Assembly (NCBI GenBank): GCA_964187785.1
Contig: OZ076409.1
Coordinates: 86,988,001 to 87,052,000 of the forward strand
Direction of reading: 5' to 3'
DNA from: Amphiscolops sp. MND2022
Taxonomy: Eukaryota
DNA length: 64,000 nucleotides
How positions within the stretch are numbered: the stretch's first letter is position 1; the number at the start of each line of letters is the position of its first letter. This document shows positions 13,273-22,803 of this stretch, piece after piece. The position numbers and the translations under genes are program-made. The notes under the pieces are model-generated. The model was not told where the DNA came from and did not search any database. It worked only from the letters and a program-made list of their open reading frames with translations.

Positions 13273-13521
13273 TTCAGTCTGCGCCTTCAGTCGAGTTTCG
13301 TGGAGTTTCTGAACTTTTTCTTGTTGGGAATCGTCATCTTGCCTGTTTCTTGATTGTTTAGATTATAAGAGGACAGACACGGTGGGTGGCACGGTGTACG
13401 GGAAATGAAAATACACGCTGCTGTTTTTGAGGGAGTTCCTACTGAGCATCAATCGAGCAGTGAAGCTCGGACGCAGCACAGAAAAGAACGGAAGAGGCGA
13501 GTTGCAGCGTCAACTGGTCAG

Positions 13522-14163
13522 TTAAGTCCGGACGCGGCTACAACACGAAAAGTGGGAGAGGTTACTCGTTAGCAGAAGACAATGTGTTTTTATCGCCTTG
13601 CGAGCGCGTTTAGAGGGGCGTTTGGGGCGACTTCGGGCAGTAATTTGCGACAGATCATTTTCATATTTCAAAACAAGATTCAGATGTTTCAGCTCTAGAT
13701 CGGGTCTCTGATGCAATGCCTTTAATTTTTGCAAATAGTCTGAATTTTTTTGCTTTCGCAATGAGGTCAGGTCCTTTGCAATATTCAAGATTAAGATGTT
13801 GGTTTCCTGCAATTCGGCAGAAATTTCTGGCGTTCGGTCACGTTGGCAATACACTAGAGCCCTGATTCTGTTTTGGTAAGATTTCAACACTTCTACTAGA
13901 TCGGACACTGAAAGAGCACGGTAGAAATTGCTTTTGTGTCTGCAAATACTATTGTTTATAACGTCATGCCAAATAATTAGGTCTTTTTCGTCCTTGAAAT
14001 CTTTTTCAATCAAGTTCTGTACTACCTTTTCAGGATTTTGTGCATGAATGTTTAAACTCAAGCCCGGAATCGAATAAACTTTTTCTTTAAAGGTGTTGCG
14101 GTCTTCGGGTTTTACAGTTTCAATTGCGTGGTGCAAAGAACTCGCAGCCAAAATTCGAACCAT
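13522..14163 (-). CDS. Extra ORF between PBS and gag of the BEL element; SGNH/GDSL-fold-like protein, 213 aa
   Basis: Open ATG-initiated ORF; blocks ILAASSL, SIPG, IIWHDVINNS and ALH are spaced like SGNH blocks I, II, III and V; basic tail RPKRPSKRARK. Confidence 0.55.
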   Translation of the reverse strand: MVRILAASSLHHAIETVKPEDRNTFKEKVYSIPGLSLNIHAQNPEKVVQNLIEKDFKDEKDLIIWHDVINNSICRHKSNFYRALSVSDLVEVLKSYQNRIRALVYCQRDRTPEISAELQETNILILNIAKDLTSLRKQKNSDYLQKLKALHQRPDLELKHLNLVLKYENDLSQITARSRPKRPSKRARKAIKTHCLLLTSNLSHFSCCSRVRT

Positions 14164-14529
14164 TCATTTCTTTTTGTATCAATTTTCACTTGTTTTTTTT
14201 GTTGATGGTGATTATTGGGCTTTTTTTGAGCGACAAATGTTTTTCTCAAAAGTTCTCAATGGTAGTTTTCAGGTCTCGCTACCCAAACAAAGCACACAAC
14301 AAACACATCAAAGTTGTTCAATTGAAATTGTTTGAACAGTTTTTCGAAAAACCTTTGCAGTTTTTTTCCGGGGGTACCTTCTGGGTTTCGGGGGTACCAC
14401 ACTAAAGCATTCTTCAGTTGAGGCTGTCACGTTCTTCAATTGAGGAAAGCACCTTCTGCTTTAGGGAGCACCTTCTTCCCTTGAGGATAGCTTTGTCTTC
14501 AATTGAGGAGTGCCTCTCAATGGCCACCA

Positions 14530-14837
14530 TGTAAAATTCTAAACTTCGGCTTTATAGAATTCGTTGAAAACAGTAAGAGTTAAAGATTATTTGATGAGAA
14601 CAGTAGCAATATTAAAGTGGGTTGTTCAATCCCGCCGTTTTCAAATCAACTCAATCTCCAACAGGAAACAAAATCCCTAACTGACGTGAACAGATGATTT
14701 TATCAAACTGAATAGCAAGACCTTTTTCGAGTTTTTTCAGAACGTGTATGAACAAAAAGTAGATATTTTTGACATGCAAACATTTTCTCGAACAAGTTCT
14801 ATTCGCTGATAAACTAATTGCTTTTTGCACGGCAACA
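14530..14837 (-). repeat. BEL 5' LTR
   Basis: TG...CA termini; directly followed on the minus strand by PBS TGGTGGCC. Confidence 0.9.
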
Positions 14838-15145
14838 GAGTCACACGACTGATGATCAAAATAGTCCATATCCGCTGATGGCTTTGCTATTCAAAACAAT
14901 CGTAAATCCGCTGATGTATTTACGATGATTTTACACAGTAATGACATTAGCAAAGTTCTGAGGGTTGTTAATGACGATTTAATATGGATGAACTTTGCTA
15001 TTCTAAAACAGAATCATCAATGCGATGAAATCGCGATGGAGTGTCACGGCATTTTCGCTCTGAGGCAGGAGCTTGCTGTATCCAACGAGAAAGTTCATCT
15101 CTTTTACATCTGTCAGTCCAGTTTGACTGACAACTATTCTCATTA

Positions 15146-16275
15146 CAGTGCACAGGCAAGCTATTTTGCTGCTTTTTGTGGAATCCGGGAAAAGTACGAA
15201 TAGAGGTACTCATGACTGGTACCAAAATTAAAGCATGTCATCAAATAATGGCAGATTGTGATGATCTGGCAGTTTGTTCAAAACTGGTACTAAACCTAAA
15301 AATACGAATATTTGTGTAATATAATATTCATTTTGCATGATCATTATTAGAAAGGCAGAAGAACTTAAATTAAATCAATTTTACATCGAAGGAACTTGTT
15401 TTAATTGACACGAAAAGTCCCAAAGTACGAAGAGATACTCATGACTGGTACTAAAATTAAAGCATGTCATCAACAAATGGCCGATTGTGATGATCTGGCA
15501 GTTTGTTCAAAACTGGTACTATACTTAAAAATACGAATAGTTGTGTAATATAATATTCATTTTGCATGATCATTATTAGAAAGGCAGAAGAACTTAAATT
15601 AAATCAATTTTACATCAGACGAACTTGTTTTGATTGACACGAAAAGTCCCAAAGTACGAATAGAGATACTCATGACTGGTACCAAAATTGAAGCATGTCA
15701 TTAAAAAATGGCAGAATGTGATGATCTGGCAGTTTGTTCAGAACTGGTACTACTGAACAAACATAATATTATGCACTACTTTTCGTATATTAATTCAAAA
15801 TGATTCAGACAAAAACACCAATATCACACAAAATCGTATTTTTCGAAGTTTAGTAAACTTCGAAAAATACGATTTTGTGTGATATTGGTGTTTTTGTCTG
15901 AATCATTTTGAATTAATATACGAAAAGTAGTGCATAATATTATGTTTGTTCAGTCTTCCACTCGAATTTAATTAAAGAAGAGATGCCGCGTATCTCGTCA
16001 AGCATGAAGTCGTGGAAATCCAGTAAAACTTTGATTTCTGCAATCTAATTGGTTCATTCTGCAAAACTTACGTTTTTGTGGAATCCGGGACACCGCTGCA
16101 TGCCGACAGTGCGTACAGCTAAGCATTTGTTACTGGAATCCACGACGAAATCCGTGGAATCCGGGACAAATGACGTAATTTGCCAATTTTGCACGGTTAA
16201 AGGTATGGTCGTGGAATCCGAGATATTGAAAGCTCAATGTTGCGCTTTGAGCAAATAAGGCTTGCCTGTGCACTC
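15146..16275. mobile_element. Tc1/mariner-type non-autonomous DNA transposon
   Basis: TIR CAGTGCACAGGCAAGC..ATTTGCT at both ends with TA on each flank (15144-15145, 16276-16277); contains about 230-bp tandem units and a 203-bp palindrome. Confidence 0.8.
15191..15752. repeat. Tandem repeat, about 230-bp unit, about 2.4 copies
   Basis: AAAGTACGAA..GAG.TACTCATGACTGGTAC recurs near 15192, 15422 and 15651. Confidence 0.85.
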
Positions 16276-17543
16276 TAATGCTCTCCTTTTTCGTGACAGA
16301 CCATTATTGTAAATTAGCGGACATAGTTGGGGACACCGGAACTAAGAGGCTCAATAGGTAATTAAATAGATAACTCATGCTCACGGGATATGGGGTTAAG
16401 TACAAATAGACGTAGGGTTGCGCACAACCATAGCTCTTATTATTTAGGCTTCATTTTGTCTATAAGTAAGTACACATGACATAGTATTTCACATTACAGA
16501 TGTTTAGTAGACTACATTTCCAACATGCTGGCATGACACTGGTCTAGTCTTGGCCCTCAATTGACTTCGAGTTGGATGGTTTGTAACCAGGTTAAAGTGT
16601 TGCTATCATGTTTTCCCAACTTTTTTAGATCGACTGCACCGAAGGGCACGTAACAAGTGAAAAAGAACGTGCCAAGTGACGAAGACTTTTTTCGAGTATG
16701 TGTTGTTTACAACAATATCTACCATTTTGAGGCGTTTTTCAATTTCGCTGTTATTTGCATGCCCTTGAATGAGGTGTTCTTTCATTCGAGCTACAGCACG
16801 ATTTTTTCCGAGAGCAGTGTTCGCATTTTGTTTTTTCTTCTACACCATCTGTCAACTCAAACTCCAGGCAGATTGCATCACGTTTTCTTCGTGTAGCAGG
16901 TGATGACAAATCGACTAAAGTTCGTATCTTTTTTGAACCCTGAATTCTTAATAAAACTTTGCAGAGGAAAAATTTTTATCACGATGGTGGTGATAGTTAT
17001 AAATCTAGTAAAATCAGTCATTCAAATTTGATGTCACATTGAATTTTGTAAATCACACGTAATCATAATTGCATTTGTACACAAAAGTAATTTTCACCGA
17101 CTTTTCAAAAATAGAAGCCGCTCCGCAAAAACCATTTTTACTAAATTTATGAACTCCATTGATATCTTGATGAATCTTCAGAGAAACTTTTAAAGAGGCT
17201 TCTACTTCATGCTGTGAAATCTTCTGATTGAAGCTTCCATTAAACCATTTTTCATCGTATAATTCTGTGAAAAAAACTATCTTTTGAGTTTGATTTTGAT
17301 TCGTTCGATACTTACACAGAATTTGACAAAAAAAACAACGATTGAGTTCTTTTTCTCATATAAATCATGGGTTACAAAAGTTACAATATTATTTATGCTA
17401 GAATTGAGGTCAATTTAAATAGTGTCTTGATGATAATGCTGCAAGTTTGAAAGAAGTTATTGATGAGCGCCGCGGTAAGCATCAGCAAGAAAGATTTACA
17501 ATGGGATTATATAAAAAAGCGCAATCTTATCAAAATCTGAAGT

Positions 17544-17885
17544 TTATCGACGATTCACGGTTCTTTCAACAACAAAGAACATCTCTCGACAGTGTTTAAC
17601 CATGGTGGATGTTTTGGTAGTCGAGATTGCCCAACGAGATGTCCTCATCTCAATTGTGTCGGGACGATGAAGTTGCCGTTTTCGTGACGTCATCACGTGA
17701 ATGACGTCATACAGTATTGTTTTTAGGCAGTTCTTTGTTTCTGCTCCCAGATGCTCGATACAGTGGCTAATAATCCACTCAAAGACTTCCTTGATGTCGT
17801 AGGTTTGACCAAGTTTTCCAGTGAACTGAGGAGCAATGGAAGAATCATGACTCATCAAAACTGCAACTAGGCTGTTTTCAATAAC
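17544..17885 (-). CDS. SACS: Terminal exon of the sacsin-like gene (HEPN-type domain)
   Basis: Acceptor TTCGTTTTAG at 17886-17887; phase-0 join to the donor at 32709 gives WTFDMSIK|VIENSLVAVL, matching the HEPN helix pattern (Q-x-x-E-K-A-L-K-A-like); open to the stop at 17544. Confidence 0.7.
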   Translation of the reverse strand, partial: VIENSLVAVLMSHDSSIAPQFTGKLGQTYDIKEVFEWIISHCIEHLGAETKNCLKTILYDVIHVMTSRKRQLHRPDTIEMRTSRWAISTTKTSTMVKHCREMFFVVERTVNRR

Positions 17886-18041
17886 CTAAAACGAATAATT
17901 TTTTTTTCAAAGATGAATCTAAGCAAAAATTCACTTCGCAGTACAAACCTTCGAGCAATTTTATACATACTTCCGGGGCTGACCGAGGTAGCATGCATTT
18001 CGAGCAAAACTTCCATGTGTGAGTATTAACTGTTTTAATTG

Positions 18042-18548
18042 AAAACAAGCCGAGAACGGCCCAAGTACCAAAACTTACAGCACCAAAAAGTAGCCGAAGG
18101 GGTACCTATAAGATTTGGAAACGCCATTTCGACACATCGAAAAAAAAGCAATTTTTTGAAAAACCTGTTTCATCGCAAAAAAGTCTCGTAGCGCTAAAAA
18201 AAGTAACTTCGAACTCGCAAAACTCTTTTTCCAAGTCCAAAGCATTTTAAAATTGCAGGAGGTAGAATTTTTGACCCAATGAAAGTTTTTTTTACAACAA
18301 GTCCCACAGTACCGAAAAATCAAAGAGGGCCCTTTGCTTTCCCCGCTTTTTCCGGGAGCATAAACATATCTTATTACAACGCACGATTCGAACCCACGTA
18401 CAAACAGGGGGAATTCGCGTTAACTTGTAGGCTAAGTAGCATATGAATAACATTATGATTCTGAATTATTGGAAATATGTCACTTCGATGTTATTTAGAA
18501 AAAAAACCCACTAGAGTTTGCGTTTTCCACGAAATCGCATACTAAAAA
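18042..18548 (-). mobile_element. Diverged Helentron/DINE-1-like repeat
   Basis: 3' end reads ACTTGGGCCGTTCTCGGCTTGTT on the minus strand, as in the copies ending near 31250 and 39965. Confidence 0.55.
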
Positions 18549-19003
18549 TTGAACGTTTTCTATCAGTAGTTGTTGCATGTCTTGCATTATTTCAGTAATA
18601 TTTTCATTTCTACTATGAATGTTTGAGATGAAGTGGAATTCCGTACGCTGAATAGTATGAAATCATATGATTCTGTGCATGGAAGTGCATGGAAATCGTG
18701 GATATCATAGCCCATGAATGCATGACTCACTTCAAAAGGTGTTAATCATATAGTTCGCAGTATGGAATTACATGAAAGCCTAATGACCCCGTGAATGCAG
18801 ATCCTGGTACGATAATAAAAATACCTTTCCTGTCAATGTCCGTAGATTCTTGATCGCGTTGAAGTTCTTAACTGTACATATGCTAAACAAAGGCTAATTC
18901 ACCCCATCGATAGCAACTGTTATATTGCAGTAGTCCCCGATTACCAGAACTATTTGTGCTTTATTCGATAAAGACTATATCAAATGAACATGGCTCTCTT
19001 GAT

Positions 19004-19110
19004 AAGATCTTACCATGACATCTTGCAACTCTTGGCAATATCTTGGCAAGATCTTAGCTAAGATTTTTCCAAGATCTTGGCAAGATCTTGCCAAGATCTT
19101 ACTAAGATAT
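19004..19110. repeat. 11-bp minisatellite (CCAAGATCTTG-like)
   Basis: About nine degenerate AAGATCTT-containing units in tandem. Confidence 0.8.
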
Positions 19111-19136
19111 CCATGAGGGGCCGACCCGGGTCGACC

Positions 19137-19327
19137 CGTTATATGAAATACAATTTGATTTCAGGCTAACCATTAACGGCTATAATAAAGCTGTATACAG
19201 CTTTATTATAGCCGTTAATATATGCTCATCTTATATGCTTATATGCATATATGCTCAGCTTGGGATCGTACCGCTTTATTGTAACCGTCAATGGTTAGCC
19301 TGAAAGCAAATTGTATTTCTTATAACG
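19137..19327. mobile_element. Small foldback/MITE-like element
   Basis: About 55-bp imperfect terminal inverted repeats plus an internal perfect 48-bp palindrome (19172-19219). Confidence 0.65.
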
Positions 19328-21167
19328 TGGAACATACACAAAGCTGCAAGCATTAATTTCAAGCTGGGAGTAAACTTTCAGAAGGTGCGGCGCAATGACA
19401 CCGCGATAGTTTTCGTAACTTTTGTAAGACGCTTTCAGAATAAATGGGATGTTTTCAGACTTTAGTCGCCCAAGTTTTGAAAACAGCTCCAATTATCAGG
19501 TCAATTTGAAGACATACAGATTATTATCAACACTGGGCAAATGCGAACTCACATTCTTTTCAATATTGAACTTAAGCAATACAAAGCTTTTCATAAAAAT
19601 ACGAAATCTTTCAAAGTTTTACTCCAAATGATGCGATTACTGATCAAAAGTTTCTATGTTCAATTTCAATGAACGGCCTCTGACAGAAAAAAAAGTTATT
19701 TTAAAAGTTCTTTAAGTATCAACTTCAAAAGTTCAACAGTTCCGCTGTACAAATTGTGCTAAGAATATGACAAACGACAGAGTAATGATAGTAAGCTAGA
19801 GAAAACAGGCAACTGTCTTTCTTGAGTCTGATGATAACCCAATTGAAAACAAGTTGTAGTTTAATCGTTCAACTGTAATTTACTATTAGACCATATGGCA
19901 AATGACTTTCTTTCGAGTCTAAGTGACTACGGTTGTGTTAGTAAACGACCTGTTAATCTCATTTTCCCACTTAGTGAGGCTGAATAGTGATGGCGGCAAG
20001 TGCTCTGCCGCACACCCCCATAATAAATACTAGAGGTGCTAAACCCCTACAATACTGTCGCAGGCTGCCACTTGTGATCTTATTTTATTTTATGTCCCTT
20101 TGTGTCGTCTTGGACAGCCAGTCCGGTTGAATTTAGACCAATCAAATTGCAGTATTAGTATGAGTGCTCTGAGTTAGTGGTTTTAATTATTGGACGCGAT
20201 GGCCGTTCACCGCTTGTCAACTAATAAACCAGTACGTTTGCGGCAGTTGGACATTGAGTCCCAATTTAGATTTTAAGTGCTGTTAACTTTCATTTAAAGG
20301 CCATTCACGGCTGTCCACCTAAATAAACCTCTCACTTATGGCTAGTGGACAGCTAGTCCGGTTAAACATTAACCAATCACAGCGCAGTACGCTTGCTGAA
20401 CACTCCCATCTAGTATAGCAGTTATTTGTATTGTCGGTGTTATGGCAGTGGGACTACCAGTCCAATTTAAAGATGAAAGTGCAATATATTATGCAAAGAT
20501 GCAATTAATAGTTTTGTACGGCCCTTAAGGCCTATAACAAATTGTTGCTACATACATACATACATTTTCGTTGTTGAAATTCATTCATCGAAATTGTGCT
20601 GGACTTTCAGTCCTTCCCCCCCTTCTCTGAAGCTATCTCAAATGGGAAACTAATTCCCATGAATAGCCAGTATTATGTCGTCTATTATAGGTTACGGTCC
20701 TTGTGTCTACTTGCCATTCCTTTCCACATGCTATACATGCAGTTTAATTTAAAATGCTTTACATGTAGTTTTATTAAACATGTTCCATTTAGACGGCCTT
20801 CAGGGCCACGTGGATATTTGTTGACGCTGTTGCTATATATAGATATATATTGACTGTGTCATGTTGCTGCTATAATTAGAACTACGTCATTGTGTGTTTG
20901 TAAGGACACGCAGTCCTTTGTAGCTATTTTTAGAACACTTGCTCTAAAATTAGATTGATGATACCCTATATTTTGTATGTCATGCATATTTTAGTATAAA
21001 TACTCGGGACTCCTAGTCCTGAGGACACAATTTTGATCAGTAACTCTATTATTGAGACCAATTGTCAAACTCACTTTATTTTACCATAAAAGAAGTAATT
21101 GACTTCTTTCCATACAAATACTTTCTTCAACAAGAAGACAAAAGACTGAATTAGACGTTCTAGAGAA

Positions 21168-22195
21168 ATGGACACGATGTCCAATGATAACGACAGGGAC
21201 ATGATGCTTGGTGGAATCAATTCAAATTGTATAGAAAAGAAATTCGAGATTGTATTAAATCATTCTCTCGGCCAAGGTGACACCGAGGCTATTCCTACTT
21301 ACAAAATTCCTTCACAGCAAATTAAGAATAGAAACATTGGCTGTAGAATTGAGACCACTACGTCAGATAGACACTTAGAGTCTATGGAACTGTTATCAGA
21401 GGAATTGAATCTCAGGTTATCCCAAGTGACGGATTCACTTATGAACATCCTTCAAGTCCAGATAACTAGAACGATCAATTCTGCCATCAATGATAAAATG
21501 GTCCCCGAGATACAAAATATCACGGGTACGCTGTCTTCAGGACAGAGGGACACTGAGTCCGGTTCGTCACCAAATAATCAGGATAATACAGAAGGAACTA
21601 ACGGGTTTATATCTAAAATTACAAAAAAGGACTCACGGTCCGCGTGTAATTCAAGAGACACAGACGACCGTAGTTCTTACATGGTGACAGGAGTTAACGA
21701 CACCCAGCGACCAATTCCCGAGTTCCTGACTGGACGAATCCACTTGGACCCGAACCTTGAAATGCAGGAATCGGTCCATAATGTCTCAATGGACACAACG
21801 CCACCCACACCAGAAACTACTATGCTTGAATTTTTCAAAGTTTACTGTCTAATAGCCTTGACACAAGTAAAGCAGCTCAATGCGCATATTGCAAGGTGAC
21901 AAACCACTTTTATAAAAGCTGTCCAAAACTGTAAAAGAAACGGAAAATGGAGGACAAAACTGACAAAAAGCCCAAGCGTCCAACATACCCTAAATGTCCA
22001 ACGTGCAGTAAAACAAACCACACAGCCGAAAAATGTTGGAAAAGCGCTGGTGCGCATTTACGCCCCAAGAGAAATAAAGCAAAAACAAAACCATCACCCA
22101 GACCAGGAGACGAGGCGTCCCCCAATATCAATGACAAACAGTCAAGTGCCACATCAGGTCATATTATCTCTCAGAAGCCAAATTCAAAAAACTAA
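21168..22195 (+). pseudogene. gag: Internally deleted gag: LTR-encoded leader, then CCHC knuckle
   Basis: ORF starts inside the LTR and crosses the PBS as MVTGV; C-terminal piece has CPTCSKTNHTAEKC and ends in A AAA AAC TAA, like the intact gag at 53619. Confidence 0.8.
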
Positions 22196-22212
22196 TTGCG
22201 CCACGACTCCAA

Positions 22213-22803
22213 ATGAATGAACCCATGTCAGAACGACATTACGTCTTTTCCAGTTACAAATGCTATCGAAACTATCCACTTACAAATAATGAAAATGATC
22301 CGAACACGTCTACACGACGAACAGAAAACGAGTTGTATACAATTTTGTGGGAATCAGACTTTGATTTCAAAGTATTTGAGCCGAGAAAAGAAAATTGGAC
22401 CGACGTGGCTACACGCCTGCCGAACGACGAGGCAAGTGGCGGTGTGGACCATTACGTCATTGAAACTGAACGCAGCAGCGTACACGAAGATGAACGCTGC
22501 AGCCAGAAAATCAGTGAAAATGACGTCACCGAGAATGAAATACAGCCGACACCGGCCAACAACCGTGACGCGGCGTCCCCACCGAATGAATCGACTAGTA
22601 GGACGGAAAATGAATATAACGTCACAAATGAACTAGACGATGCGGAAATTGTTCCAAACGGAGGCGCAGATATTACCGAGCCCGGAATATCGGAAAATGA
22701 AGAAATTGATGAAAATACGAGTCCCAGAGGAGAAAATACATTCTTCAATCTAACCCAACTATCCTCAGGAATACAATCACTAGCCAGAAAATTAAATTGC
22801 TAG
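22213..22803 (+). pseudogene. pol: pol remnant: N-terminal stub fused to the integrase tail
   Basis: ELYTILWESDF matches EWYAVSWEMDF in the intact pol tail; PR, RT, RNase H and the integrase core are absent. Confidence 0.7.

Larger units (their letters stand above)
6997..14837 (-). mobile_element. BEL/Pao LTR retrotransposon, decayed
   Basis: TG...CA LTRs at 6997-7284 and 14530-14837; near-TSD GACTC/GAGTC; PBS TGGTGGCC next to the 5' LTR; purine-rich GGGCCCGGAGAA before the 3' LTR; gag-PR-(RT)-RNaseH-IN order. Confidence 0.95.
5758..16538 (-). mobile_element. Solo Gypsy LTR (about 1.8 kb net) interrupted by a BEL element and a Tc1-like MITE
   Basis: CTGGT TSD at 5753-5757 and 16539-16543; right end GCTGGCATGACA and internal blocks shared with solo LTR 60933-62613; decayed gag-leader ORF MSSEEGTKLRSGR from 6059. 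The left terminus reads TAT rather than TGT. Confidence 0.75.

Noticed and set aside
15191..15752. CRISPR-like array (also considered for 44100-44360 and the GGAC-N5-GTCC sites)
   Set aside because: Whole units are tandemly duplicated or irregularly spaced, there are no unique spacers or cas genes, and the context is eukaryotic.
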